Shown here: positions 33,258-47,629 of the stretch, piece after piece | How positions within the stretch are numbered: position 1 is the stretch's first letter | Layout: the number at the start of each line of letters is the position of its first letter | Assembly (NCBI GenBank): GCA_964016885.1 | Contig: OZ024740.1 | Location: forward strand, 171,244,001 to 171,308,000 | Direction of reading: 5' to 3' | From: Eledone cirrhosa | Lineage: Eukaryota | DNA length: 64,000 nucleotides | Made by a program: the position numbers and the translations under genes | Notes under the pieces: model-generated | What the model saw: the letters and a program-made list of their open reading frames with translations, nothing else | The model's database searches: none | What the model was told of the DNA's origin: nothing

Positions 33258-33853
33258 AACTATGTACGTGTCTGAATTTTTTCACTTACCCGTACACGCG
33301 TATTATACGATGTTCACGTATTTTTTTAACTCAATTTCAATTATTGGATTTAATTTTATTTAGTTTTATATACATGCAATCAACAAAACAAACAATAACA
33401 ATTAAACAGATCTTTTTCTGATTTCACTCATTCAGTTTGTAGTACTAGGGTGATCGATTTCAATATATTAGTATTTCGATCTCTATTTGTCGAACCACAA
33501 GGAAAAAGCGAGTGAAATAATAGAAGTCTATTAGAGAGATGGAGCGTAATAAAATACGAGAAATAAAAACTGAGAGATAGAGTAATAGTAAGAGAGACAG
33601 ACAATTTTGGAGTAGATATGTTATTCGTAGTGTAGGTTATTCATTATTCAATATACTCCTACCGATTGATACCTGTGCATATGGCTAACAAAAAAAAAAG
33701 ATATTTATTCACACACAAAAAGTTCGTTGCAAAACCTATATTCAGTAAACTTCTATGGTAACGGAGTGCATTCAATTTCAGGAGAAACTGGAGATTCTAT
33801 TTTTGCACATATTTTGTAATATGTGCAAAAATATATTATTACTTTAATGAAAT

Positions 33854-33882
33854 ACCCAGGCATTGCCGGGTGCCTCTGCTAG
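33854..33882 (+). mobile_element. Helitron-like 3' terminus
   Basis: Hairpin ACCCAGGCATTGCCGGGT plus GCCTCTG-CTAG/T. It matches the 8067-8095 end. Confidence 0.6.
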
Positions 33883-34145
33883 TTCATATATGGAGTAATG
33901 TATATAGTAATCTAAACTTGGCATTGATAACTAAAATTTAAACAACTATTTTAACTCTAATCTTCATTTCTGATGAAAGCATTGTGTATGTTTATGCGTG
34001 TGTGTGTGCACGCGCTCTAATTTATTTGCTAGTGTTGTTATGGGAATTGTATGTATGTGTTTTATGTGTGTATTTTTGTAAAGTGTTTTCTATTTCTGTG
34101 AATTCCCCACCCTCTTCTCATTCATATAGTAATTCAAACAGAAAA

Positions 34146-34175
34146 ATGGCTGCTTGTAGCTGCTGTTGTCCGGAG
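34146..34175 (+). CDS. Putative first coding exon of a host gene (MAACSCCCPE)
   Basis: AAAATGGC (Kozak/YY1-like) start, 10 codons, then donor GAG|GTACGT and a CpG-rich, pyrimidine-rich downstream stretch. No downstream exon was identified. Confidence 0.45.
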
Positions 34176-35819
34176 GTACGTCAGCTGATTATCCTCATCC
34201 GCCGCTTCCGTAGTCGCCGCTCTCTTCCTATTTGTACCATCTTGTCGCTTTGGAATAACAGACGCATCTCACCCCTCCCCCACAATTTTCTTTTCCTCTT
34301 ATTTCATCTGTTCATAGTATATTAAAGATTTTGTTGTTTTCGTGAATACACCAATGCGTTCTTAGTTTTTTCTCTTTCCCCTCCTTTTTTTCATCTGTTC
34401 AATACAGAAAGTATAATTTTTTCTTTATCCCTTTCTCGCTGAGACTTTTAATTACAATTTTTGAAATCATCTTCCCTTTTTTTTCATCTATTTAGTTCGA
34501 ATAATTATCAGTTTGTTAGCCATTTTTGTTGTTTTTGTTATATTTTAAAGCATTTCTTCGTCCAACATTCTGGCTTCCTCTCTCATTCCATTATCGTTAG
34601 AACCTTATAACCTCGCTTTAACTACATATCTCGCCCTCTAAATTGTTAACACTTATATATTGTTGTCCAATCTTTTGTTAAATTTCCTTTTGCCATTCTA
34701 TTGTTTTACATGGTGGAAGATAAAATAGTTGTTAACCTGTATCGTGCAGATATTTGTTATTTTCTGTTTCTTTGACACATTATTTTCATATCCACTTCGC
34801 GTATCTGCTACCTTAGACTTATATAATTTCTGGATTTGTTTGGGGTACTGCTACCTGAGCAACAAGTTTGATTCGGGTAAGCTGAGAGTAGTTGGGAAAT
34901 TATAAGGGTTAATGGCTGCTTGCTGTCTTTTGTCACGTGTGATTTGTATACAAACTTCAGGTTAGCAACAAGCCGATTCGACACACTGCTTCTTTATTTA
35001 TTTTTGTGTGTGTGTGTTTGGGGGAGAGGGTGAGGGTAACCCGCTTGTTTCCACACCTCTGTTTATTTATATCAACGCCTGAAAAACATTTTCTGGTTAG
35101 GCGTTATCGTTATGCTGCGATCTCGAACAAAATATCTAGACGTTTATATAGAAAACGTTCTAAATGATCCTCTAAAATATTTCTGGCTTCATTCTAGACT
35201 AACATTAAAAGAAAAAAGGCTAAATTTAAATATCTGTTTATTAATTTAATGTTCTGTCTTATATATTCCTTGGTTGTTAATTATTTGAATTTTCAGTGGT
35301 GACGGCAGGGCGCTATTTATGTTTGTTTCTTTTTAGGCTTAATTTCCTGTGTGTTCTTACTTTATTTTTTATTACATCTGGCAATTCGACTTCATGGACA
35401 CATAAAAATATCAAATATTATCTGCAAAATTCCAGTTACTGAATACTTATATCTTAGTTTCTTTAACCTCAATTCCAGTTGTTTTTATTTTAGGAACGTT
35501 TAGAAACGATAAAAACGGGATGGTAAAAGTAAATTAACCTTTCTAAGGTAGTTAATAGTAGTGTGAATTTGGATGAAAGCTATATTAAATAACTAGTGTG
35601 GAAATGCCTGCTTTTTTGCACTCTTATTTCTTGAATATTTGCTATTACGGTGGTTTCCCCACCCTCTTATCTCATATGTATATACATTTAAGATTATATA
35701 AAAGCTTTTCCCCTCTATAACTTATTTCTAATACCGGTGTGAGATGGATGGAACTGTTGGAATGTGGTAGCGGCGGCGATGATACCAGCGAGATGCATGT
35801 AATACTTTTTCTTTTGTAA

Positions 35820-35935
35820 CCACTGCATAGAACAACCAATCAATCTCAACATAGCAACAGCCGAGCAGCCAATCAGATTGGTTGCCCGTCAGCATCGCTT
35901 GGTGACATGTTGCCCGCTTCCAGCTGCTACCAACA
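35820..35935. promoter_or_regulatory. Candidate regulatory element with clustered CCAAT boxes
   Basis: AACCAATCA and GCCAATCAGATTGG in locally CpG-containing unique sequence. Confidence 0.3.
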
Positions 35936-37196
35936 CTATGCTTGTTGTCATAGCTGTAATAACTCTGGGTACCTGCTGTCAGCAGCTCACATGATGGAAG
36001 CTACAACTATTATTTATCTATTTAGTCTCTCTCTCTCTACAATTCCAGAAATCTAGCGTGTATGCAAATGTATGCTAATGTAAGATATGCTATAATTCAG
36101 CAGCATATTTGATTCTATATTAACAATCGACTCTATTAAACCATTTTTTCTTCTTCTTTCGCAATATTTCGTTCATGCTATATCAGTGTTTGTCCTTGCT
36201 TTATCTATCATGAAATATATTATTTCCTAATCAAAGTATTCTTTAAATTCTTCGTTAAATCCTCTCTCTCTCTCTGAGTTTCTACAACCCAGAATTTCAG
36301 CAGTATCAAAATTGTTTGCTTTTTCTATTTATATTAAGAAAATAAAAAGGTTCACTATTGTATTTACAGATTAATAAGGTTTTGAGAAAATTTCTAGTCA
36401 AGTATCATATATACACACACTAATTCTACCACAGTATTTTAAATTGTTATTAAATGAACTTGTCCAGAGAATTTTAGAATATTTTTTCTAAATTATATTT
36501 TGACATTTTAACTTTTTTTTCTTGTGGTCGTGCATTTAATAAATGATTCTTTTGCAAGGTAAATACTTCAATTTCAGCACATGTTCTCAGATTATATACA
36601 TATGTGTGTTTTAATATTTATGTTTATGAGCCGTAACTTTGCAGGTTGATAAAATATATACTTGAAAAAGTAAGAACTAGGATCTTATTCTCAAGGGGGT
36701 ACCCCAGTCTGGCCATTGTCTAATGACAGAAACCAGTAAAAGAATAAAGTATGTTATTCAGTACCTTATGTTATTTATCTATCTTCATGCCAGAGGTTTC
36801 CTTGAATTATTTTCCTTACCTCATTTTATTTTCAAATTATATAAATTTAGTGCTGTAACCCTTTTTTTAAAAAGTAAATTACTTTTTAGAATTCAACTTT
36901 TACATCTAACTTATCCCAGCTTGTTCATTCTACGAAGACTATTTTCAACTTGGGTTTATTAAAACAAAGTAATATGCTGTACCTGGATGCATGTCAGTAA
37001 ATAAATAAAAAAAGGTAAAAGGGCCCTTAACTCCTGATGGAGTCATAGGAGACACTTTCTTAATACGCTGTGTCTTGGGCATTTTAAACCAGTCAGAGCC
37101 CATCTCTCTCTGGGTCTGAACATAGCTAATTTCCTCCAGAGAGACATAGGAAAAACCGATCCTAGTCCTGGACTGGTACTTTATTAACCAACTTTC

Positions 37197-37650
37197 TTAT
37201 TTGTCTTCGCCCGCTTTTTCCTGAGATGGTCGTGGGGGCAGAGTCCTCAAACACTCATTCCAGCGGGTCCTGTCAGAAGCAACCATCTCCAACTGATCCG
37301 GCTGGATTCCCAAGCAAAACCAGCCAAGCTCATAGATATTATCCAACCATCTTACTTGGGGTTTCCTGCCAGTTGGTTTTGCCCATAAAATCTGTCCAGC
37401 AATTCTTTCCTGAAACATTGTAACCACATGCCCATAGTATCGGAGCTGTGATCTCTCAGTTCAGAGAAGTAGTGACTGTACCTGAAGTGACTCACTGATC
37501 TCCAAGCTACGCACTCTATCAAGTAACGTTACTCCAGAGACCCTTCAGAAGAACCCCATTTTGGCTGCTTGTATTCATAATTGTATTATTTCAGTCATTA
37601 CCCAAGATTCATGACCATAGAGAAGGGTTAGCATGAATAAATTCTGAGAC
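37197..37650 (-). mobile_element. Decayed RTE LINE fragment
   Basis: YYGHVVTM...KPTGRKPQVRWLDNI...DRTRW. A related relic lies at 41540-41780. Confidence 0.7.
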
Positions 37651-37852
37651 ATTTTTAATCCGGCACCCTTAAACTTTGCCAATTTGCAGCCCTGCATGTC
37701 AATACTGATTTTTTTTTAAAATATTGACCTCCTTAAAATGTGTTCAAAATACATATAACATAGGCTGTGTATCATTATTATTAAGTTTAGGCCTTGTGCC
37801 TAAAGTAGAAACAATTATTATTAAGTTTGATTTAAATGGAACTTAATATGAT

Positions 37853-38087
37853 TTAAACCTTTTATTACCATATTTCTAATGAAAAACACTGCCTATGATT
37901 TTCAAATTACCAAGAATTTAGATAGAGGTTAGTATTATAACTAACTTTCTCAATATTAAGCTGGTATTTGGAGCATAACTTAAAAGTTCTTACATAAAAT
38001 TATGATGAAAGATTTTTTTTAGATAAAAATAGTTTTGTATTGTAGAACCAAGAGCAGTTTTCAGCATTATGGTATCAAAGGAGTTAA
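37853..38087 (+). mobile_element. TTAA-flanked MITE (piggyBac-like termini)
   Basis: The family consensus is TTAACCCTTT..TTACCATATTTCTAATGA...GGTATCAAAGGGTTAA. Other copies lie at about 43368-43989, 45247-45476, 50199-50449, 52878-53139, 54827-55050, 57823-58249, 58551-58680 and 60609-60825. Confidence 0.65.
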
Positions 38088-38343
38088 ATAGAACAACTCA
38101 TAACAGTGAGTCTTTAAGAAATCAATTAAAAATTGATGTATATATGCTTATTTAGACCAACTTAAATTTTGGAACGCTAAATCGTTGTTTATTAAAAACA
38201 AAAAACATTTACTAGTTTTTAAACATGCATTGACCTCATTTCCCAAAGTACAAGTTACCTTTTTGACTATTTATTGCAAATGCTAACAGAAGGAATATTA
38301 CAAAATATTTTATTTTCCATAAGCCTACAAAATGTTTAATATT

Positions 38344-38382
<39 letters not shown>

Positions 38383-39351
38383 ATCTTTTTGCCAATATCC
38401 ATTTAAAACTAATGTAAATAATTCAAGATTCCACTAATGTAAGAATGATAGCTTTAGCAAAAATTATATTTTAAGTAATCATAGGATGATGAAAAGTAAG
38501 AATGCATAACCTAGTGGTTAAGGTGTTCAATGCACAATCATAAGATCGTGGATTCAATTCCTGGATCAGGGGATGCATTTTGTCTTTGAGCAAGTCTTAA
38601 TTTCACATTGCTCCAGTCTGCTAAGCTGAAAAAATAGTACCACCTGCAACAGAAGCATCTGGTCCAGAAGGGAGTCATTTCATGAAAGCGTGGGGCACCC
38701 TATCATCAAAACACCTGAGACAACTCTTATGGGATAAATTCTCATAGAAGGCTAGCTAAACCTACATAGGTGTGAGCTATAACAACAGTAATTAAAAAGT
38801 ATAAGAAAAATATGAGCAAATATAGAATTGAATAAATAAAAATAAAAATCATTTGCTTCTTTAATTTGTTAGATTCTGATACATTGTTTTCATTAACCCT
38901 TGACAGAAAAAGTTATCCAAGTGATGCCATAACTAAAATTATAGAGAAATTACTTCTACTATATGTTATTTTAGTAATAATGTGAAGTAAGGTAATTTAT
39001 ATATTCAGATTTAAGCTTACCTGTGGTCACTGAACCTGTTAGAAACAGCAGCCAAATCTTCCTCATATCACATCCACCTTAAAATTGGAATGGTGTGTCT
39101 GAGACAATAAAAAAAGACAATGCTCATTTTTTCAGTATCTTTGATCGTAGATCTATTTGATGAAGGCTGACCTGGGTCTAACAACAACGCTTGCCATACC
39201 TAAATCACTTCTTCCTATTTACATAGTCTTTTGACTATATTAACCCAATTTGACTACTAAATCAGTTATGCCTGTTAGAAAAAGAAAAGAAATTAGCTAA
39301 ATTGATTTCTTTCCTTTTATTGTAAATTATGAAAATAAAAATGTATTCAAA

Positions 39352-39644
39352 AGGTTGTGAGTTCAATTCTCGGACCGGGTGATGTGTTGTTTCCTTGAGC
39401 AAGACACTTTATTTCACATTGCTCCAGTTTACTCAGCTGTAGAAATGAGATGATAGGACTGAGGTCCCTATCATTCCACTGCAAAGTGGTCGTGGAGGTG
39501 CCACGGAAAAAAATCACCCAACACTCACTGTAAATGAGGTTGGTGTTAGGAAGGGCATCCAGCTGTAGAAATCAAGCCAGAATCATTTCCCGTCCCACCC
39601 TTGCAAGCAGGGAAAAGCGAACGTAAAATGATGATGATGATGAT
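39352..39644 (+). mobile_element. CORE-type SINE with an RTE-derived 3' tail
   Basis: B-box GAGTTCAATTC, CORE-like CCTTGAGCAAGACACTTTATTTCACATTGCTCCAG, and tail CCCGTCCCACCCTTGCAAGCAGGGAAAAGCGAACGTAAAA(TGA)n. A related head lies at 38505-38640. Confidence 0.85.
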
Positions 39645-42600
39645 TCATTATATTGTGTATTCACTATATTTAGAAAGCTATTGAAATTACCATTTTAAAA
39701 CTTTGTTCTTGAATTCTTCCCACCTTTTCTTTTTAATCTCTTCTGTTAGTTGCTGTTGTAAAAAAGTAAACTTTTATCCAGCAGACATGGTAAAAGGCAT
39801 TCAAACCATGACAATTGTTTTTTTAGATGAAGACTACGTTACCTTGTCTTGTTTAAAACAGTAGGGTGTGATCTGAGAGAGATTTGACAGCTATTTGATT
39901 CTTATCTTCTGTTATTGATTTCTGGATGTTGGTCATAAATTGAACATACTGAGTTTAATGCCTCACCATTATTAAAGGTATATTGCATAATTTTCATAGT
40001 TTTTTTTATACTTTCAGAATTCAGTTTTAGCAAATAAATTTCATTTAAAATTTAGAAAACTTTATTTTTTAAAGAATATTCGATAGCTTTGCTTTGCATT
40101 AAGTAATTATTTAAATAAATGTTGTATGAGAGATTAGAATGTTAGAGAAAACAATGTAGAACAGGAGAGAAAAATTAAGTTTGTTGGTTTTCCTTCAACA
40201 TAAAATGTCTACTTCCATTGTTTATTTTACCTTATTTAGTGTAATGCAACTTCTACACCATAGCCCTGCATGTTGTAAGAGGTAGCTAAAAGAGTTGGCA
40301 CCAGGAAGGGCATCTAAACATACAACATAATCTAAAAATGGACCTCATGATGAGTATGAAGTCTTCCATGGGGCCTGCAATGCTAACTATTGATTTAGCA
40401 AGGAAAAATGCCAACTGCTACTGCAATATCTATGTTTCTAAAGTTTTGCATTGTTATTCATACCTATTACTTAATTTGTTTCATCCCTTGTGTACTGAAA
40501 AATATTAGGCTTCATATATGGCTTAGAAAATATGGACAAATGATACACAGGATTAAATATACAAGTAACTTTCTAGAAATAACTGTTTACTTAGACAAAT
40601 GTAGGTTTAGAACCTAGGCCCTCCCATGAAATCAGTGCCCTAGATAATAGATGAATTACTACCTCCTTACGGATAACTAACGCTGCACACCAGGTCCGAA
40701 CAGTGAAGAGCTGAACTCCCACTGTCATCGCCTCCATCTCTCTCGCCCTCCCCATCTCTCTCTATTATGAGCAAATGGGGTCCCACGTGCTGGCCACCCC
40801 ACAGCCCCAGCGGACAGAATGGAGAAGGTGTTTCCCTGGAGGATGGTAAGGGATGTACTGGAAGAGCCATTCCATCTAGCGAGGCTCACGTCTGTGGCTA
40901 GCCAGCTCAGCGCCTATGTAGGGAGGTAACCATAGGGCCAAGGACACCAGAAGTCTCCACTGCTAGGGGCTCGACTGCAAACCTGTCAGAGAGCGACCGG
41001 TACATGGAAAGTTTACCCTCCTCAGGCTGAAGTACAGCAGAACCTGGGTTAGTCGCAGACTACACCAGGTTACTGGACATCATGTTACCAGTATATGAAC
41101 ATAATCTCTGGTGCCACGTAAATACTGAACATTCTACATAATTGGTCAAATAAAGCCCATTACAATCTTTGAAAGTGTCTTTACCAATTCTTATTAAAAA
41201 TTTGTTAATTAGATTATTCTGTAAATTGATCACTTCTACACTGTTATTCTTTGTAAGAATCTATTTCACTCTGTGGTGCTGGTATGATTATATATTACAG
41301 CATGGTGATTAATTTGTTGAAGTCAAATAAAAGCAACCAGCATATTAAGTTGAAGAATAAGTATAAAATGTGCTTGTTTTAAACTGTTTCTTCAATGTCA
41401 CCAAAATTTAACTTTAGTTTCATGCACATTAGTTGCCAAATCTTATAGATTTAGTTTTATTAAGTTATAGCTGTCCCAGCAAGAATAACATCACCAATAT
41501 CATTATATCTGAGAAGATATTTGTCATTGTATTTTTTTGGTCATTACCCAAGATTCATGACAATAGGTAATGGTTGGCATGAATATCAAATTGAAGATAG
41601 TGAGTTTGATTTTTACATACTGAATGCTGAAGCTGGCGGATTACTGCACCAGCTCCTGCAATTCTTGCATTTAATTCAGCCTTTTGCCTTCCATCACTCA
41701 TGGAGTGCATTCCTGCCTGTGAAAGTTCCTTTTCTAATAAATCAAACCAGGCCCTCACAACCTCAGGATCCGGCTCCTAGCTGAAGTCAGTTGTTCTGTA
41801 TTGCGGAGGGCAATAGATGGGTGACATAGTAAAAATCCATCCAACTAATCATGGCCTAGGTGATTATTTGTGAAGGGGGTCTCCATACAAGGATATATAC
41901 AAAAATCCTGAACCATATTCTTAACCTCAGCCTTGTTGAAGCCCCATCCCCAATCTGCTAAAAGTTTCAAGCATTCTGCGAGCTCCAACTCTTGATCAGG
42001 AGATAAAGTGTAAGCCTTTCCCACATGTGCATTAATCGGAATTTCTTCTCTAACTCTCCTCAGAAGAGACTTCTCACAAACACCAAAATATTTGGCTGCC
42101 TAGTTAGCAGACATCTCCTTCATTACTGAGTTGTATGCATCAGCCATTTACTGACTATTTGCATAGTTTTTCCACCCTCAGTCTTCTTATAATATTGTAC
42201 CTTCTGAAGGGGAAAAAATGGCAGGCATTAAGTACCATGCATTTATTATTATTTCCACAAAATCTAAATAAACCAAGCAAGGAATGTTTCTTTGCTTGTA
42301 TATAGGTATAAATGTCCCACAATCCAATTTTACCTGACTGTTTGTGCATTCTGACAGCTCTTGGGGGGCATTAGGCACCAGGTATTTTCAAATGATATAA
42401 ATGTTAGGCTATAGAAAATTACCACCACCACCCCCTAAAAAATTGCCCATATAACAACCACCATGCATATTTTCTGATTATTTGTATAACTCAGTTTAGG
42501 GACCTAAAAAAATCATTACAAAGTGGCCATTTTTTCTTTCTCCCTAATTAGATCTAATTAGACAAACACTACCCTTACCCATGTCTTATTTATCTAAATA

Positions 42601-43535
42601 ATATATCCAAGTACTCAAATAAGGTATAAGAACTTACCTTAGTACTTTAACTGACTTCTGGCAATTTTTTTTTTAATCAGTAAACAGTGAAATGGTGAAA
42701 ACAGCAGTTGTGGATATAAAGAAGATATGACACTTTGTAATTATGCAATGAAGAACTGCAAATTCAAATTTTGGCAGAAACTGTAATGCTTCAATTGATT
42801 GGTCTTCATACAACTTTTTCAAGAAAAATACATTTTGATTGAGTCACCTGAAAACATGGCTGATGTGCCAAGTATAAATATAAGGAATTTGTAGTGTGGT
42901 GGATCTTAATACCCCCGTTTGCCCTATTCTTTTGAATTGTTCACTACTACCACTACATCAGCCACTTCCTACAAAAAAAAAATTGAATCAGAATTTAGAA
43001 CTGAAAACAATAATCTTTTAGATTCCGAGTTCAAAGCTTGCCACGGTCAAATTTGCCTTTCATTCTTCTTATGATGATTTATATCCCTGATTTGAATGGA
43101 TTACAATATAAAAGACCTGTGAGCTAATAAGAGTCTATAAATGGTTGCTAAACTTGCTAAAAATAGCTCCAAATCTCCTTCAAATCTCACACTAACATCA
43201 TTATGCCTCCCTCCCCCGAAAAACAAAAACGAAGTGGCCATACCTGGTATGGCATGTAGTGAAGTGGTTAGGGTGTTATACAACCATGGTTATGGATTCG
43301 CTTCCTGGACCTGGTAGCTCATTGCTACATTTCATGTTGCTTTTCATGACAGGACTGGGGGCTGTTATTAACCCTTTAGTATATTTCTAACTAAAGCCAT
43401 TGCCTGTGGTTTTCAAATAGTTAAGAATTTGAAGGGATTTAGTAAAATAACTAACTTTCTCATAATTAAGCTAGTGTTTGGGACATAACAAAATTATTAA
43501 ATATAATTATGGTGGAATGCTTGTAGATTAAAGTA

Positions 43536-43936
43536 CAGTAAGTCCCCAACTTAGAATGAGATACGTTCCAAGAGGTCGTTCATTAGTTGATCATCTAACA
43601 CAGTGCGTACCAGTAAGGCCGTATATGTTACATTGATACTGCAGGTTTCCATATGAGTGATATATATACAGTATATATAACATGTTATAATGAATTTAAA
43701 TACTGTAAAGCTAATGACAATAAATTGTTAAAAAAAGGAAGTACTTTTTCAATTCTGCGAAAGCAGAATGGTATCCCATCCTGTAGGTACGATTTCATGC
43801 TGTAAAAGAAGGAACCCAGAGTCTGAAAGAGCCCACAAAAATGCGAATTTCAAATTCAGACATTTTTTTTTTTTGTGAGATTATTCATATCTGCGAAAGT
43901 TCGTAACTAGGATGTTAGTAAGGTGGGGACTTACTG
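43536..43936. mobile_element. Pogo/Tigger-type MITE nested in a TTAA MITE
   Basis: TIRs CAGTAAGTCCCCA / TGGGGACTTACTG, with a TA TSD on both sides. Confidence 0.85.
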
Positions 43937-44208
43937 TAAGCAATTTTCAATTATAGAACCAGGAGTGGTTTGGTGTGAAAGGGGATTAAAACCTCTGAGA
44001 TGTAACTTCATAGAAGGTCAGCTAAACCTGCATCGGTGTGCCCAAATCAGATTGAACTTGTGGGCTAAACAAAAACACTATTACATGTGACCATCTTATT
44101 CCAGAATGACGTTTTGACACTCACATTGACAACAATTATTCAGTCAATTATATTAATCTTAACAAGGATGTTGACTGTACAATGTTGCAGAATGCCTTTT
44201 TTTTTCTT

Positions 44209-44239
<31 letters not shown>

Positions 44240-46549
44240 CCCTTAACTATTTATTGTCAAGAATAGATTTGTGTTAAATTAGTTTATTATATGTTCTATT
44301 ATTTACTGAACAGAGGGTGGTGAGGGAAGATAGCTGAACTCTTATTCAATGAAGTCATTTTCAGTAACTTTTTAGAAACGAAATTAACTTACTCAATCCT
44401 TTGTGCTATCTACTTGTTATGTACTTTACTTTGACCTTTACTTTTCAAAAAAAACTACCATTGTCATTCTCAATTATATTGGGATTTTTTTAATTATGCA
44501 ATTTACATCTCTCTCTTTTCCCCTACCTTGATGTATATATCAATCACTTTTTCTTTAGTAGTAGTGTTTATCTTTTTTTCCACTTCGAAGGTAGCATGTA
44601 CTCAATGGCTTTCTCTTATTTTATCATACACATTAATTACTACTGTGTATTAGAGCTATTATTTCATATGTTGGCTATATGTTTTCTTTGATAGACCCAG
44701 GATATCAAACAAATTTAGAATACTACATCCTTTCCATTCCTGTAAGGAAGTGCAACTTGTTCATAATTTCATGATCATCCAAATTGTATTTGATAGTTTT
44801 TGTGTAATGAAATTTTAAGATTAGCCTTTATCTCAAACCTTTAAATTTTTACTTTAGGCGTAACAAGACTGTGAATTAACAGAGATATGTGAGCATAGGA
44901 ATTGTGATATTTGTCCTGGTTCTCTGCACTTTGAGTTCAAATAATGTCAAGTTTATAGAATTGTTAGAGCATTGGATGACATGCCTTGCAGTATTTGTTC
45001 TGGTTCTTTGCATTATGTAAAAAGCATGAGCTCTGCAAGCACTACACAATCACCAAATTGTCTCAATTTTATTGAGAAATTATTGTTGTTTCCACTTGAA
45101 GAAGGTGTGTATATCTAACTTAGATAGCTGTCATTGTTTCATGGTACTTAACTCAATACCGGCTTTCCTAAGTTCAAATATTTTCAATTTTTTTTATTTT
45201 ATTTCATGGTATCTATTTACTGCTAAATATATGAAGTCATTGAGATTTATCCCTTTTGATTCCAAACCACCTGAAACCCCCTCTGGTTCTTGAATGTGTT
45301 TATATTCATCTAAAAATTTTCCATTATAATTTCATTTAAAAACCTTTATGTTCCAAATGGCACATTTATAATGAGAAAGTTATTTTACTATATTCCCGAA
45401 AATTCTAGATTATTTTCAAAATGATTTGAAAATCAAGCATTGTCTTTCATTAGAAATATGGTAACAAAAGGGTTAAATATCTTTTGTAGTGGCCAATGAT
45501 AATGTATGATCCTGTCAACTCTTTGGCTTGTAGGCAAACACTGTTTACTTGACTAGTATGACTCCTTGCAGATCGTAACAATTACTAATTATTATGGAGT
45601 GTGTTTGGCAAATGGCTAAAATATTGAAATCTTGTTTTCGTGAATCATAATTCTATAAACTACTATTATGTCCTGATAGTCCTTGAGCAAGAAATTTAGC
45701 CTTCATCGACTTGCATAAAGGCTTATATATCTGATCAGCAATGTATCTGTCACTTTACAAGATTGCTATCAATCACTTTACTTTTGCTGGCAGCCATATA
45801 TCCTCAACCTCATCGTTGATGGTTTGAATATAATTGAAATCAAAATGGGATTTAAACTCTACACCTGCAAGTCAATAAAACACTTATGAATTATACAATA
45901 CTCTTGCAGCTTTCAGACATAAGCTGTACCCCTTTCTATGGAGTACCTGTTTACAGTTAGTTGAACTGAATCATTTAGTTTTAAGTGTTCTTAACCTTTG
46001 GACACAGTATTGTGTTGGTGACAAGATTCAAATTGCTCATCCTTCAACTAACTGACCAACATCCAGTCTTTGTTTAGTTTTAGGTTATCCCTGATCAAGC
46101 ACACCTATAATCAAAGGCATCCCAGCCATGACCATCCCATTTTATTTTTGGTGAGTAGATTATCCAATGTGGGTTTCCTTTTTTAAGATGATAGGGTGTG
46201 ATTTGAATAAATTTGACAGCTATGTCTAGCAGGCCAAGCAACAATATATAGAGATGGTTGAAACTTGTTTCTGACTTAAATGCTTCTATCATGATCCTGG
46301 CCATATTATCATAGTGCATTACTGACCTACATTGAACAGGACAAGACATAGCAAGCATACATAACATTCTGTCTATAGCAATCCTTATCTTTTGCTATTT
46401 AGTCTGTTATAGCTGTTGATTTTAGTATTTTGAATATTTGTATTACCTCTTACTCTCATCCACTATATATCAACTCCTGCCATTTTAAAATCTGAAACAC
46501 TGAGTCCATTCTTGATTACATGTTCATGCTAACACAATTGTCTGTTTGG

Positions 46550-46589
<40 letters not shown>

Positions 46590-47629
46590 GTTTAACGTCC
46601 ATCTTCCACGCTTGCATGGGTTTATACTAACCAATGCCAGAAATACTTATGATGTCTCAGGTTCATGGTTATTCAAGCTGCTAGAAATAGTAACCAAATC
46701 TCTTCAAAACCTAACTGACTGCCTTAAACAAGCAAGGGTATGTCTTTGATCTTGGGTTTGCTTGATCATGTCTAAAACAACTTGTTTCATAATTTTACTA
46801 CATCATACTTCTGATACTTGTTTTGTACAAAAAGGGTATTCTTTTGCTATTCCATTCATTTTCTCAGGTAATACACCCAATTTGAGTGCTTCCATTCTGC
46901 AGTATCCAAATTAATAGCAATATGTTATGTAAAATACTAATACATATGTTATGTAAAATACTAATTTCACTCATTTGATAGAGCAAATGAATTTTTAATG
47001 CAATTTATGTATCTGTATTTAACTCAAGTTATATATTTATATTTACTTTATTTTAGTAAAAGTAGACATACCTGCACCCCTACTTAATTACCATGTTTCA
47101 AAAATAACTAAAAGAATTTGACAATCAGCTTTTTGAAGTAGGCAACTATCCATGTTATTTTAAGACTGAAATTATTCTTTAGATCCCTCCATAAATAGTG
47201 TTTATTGACTGCGTAGCTGCAGTCTGTAGATATCAATTTATCTATAGGTGTATATAGCTAGTAACACCCTTATAAATGCAAGTAGTTATTCTAATAAAAA
47301 ACTTGTTTGATATTGTTTCTTTGCTTAAACCCCAACAAGTTTTGGTCTGTACTAGAAAACACACAGCTTTATTATTTAAAATTTAATTCTGTTAGTTTTG
47401 AAGTTTATTTTACTATTCTTTTTCTTTTTGTTAGGTTTACATGATTTTTCTTTGATTTTAAATAACATTTTCCAAGTTTAAGAAAACACTTTTTAGATTA
47501 CAGTGAGCTTGTTTTTGATTCTATATCTTGAGTCAATAATCTATTGCAAAATATTTCCCACCTTCTCTGGTTAAAACAAGACAGGATTTCAGTCTATTTA
47601 TGATAGCCGAGTGCCTGATATTCCTTTTG

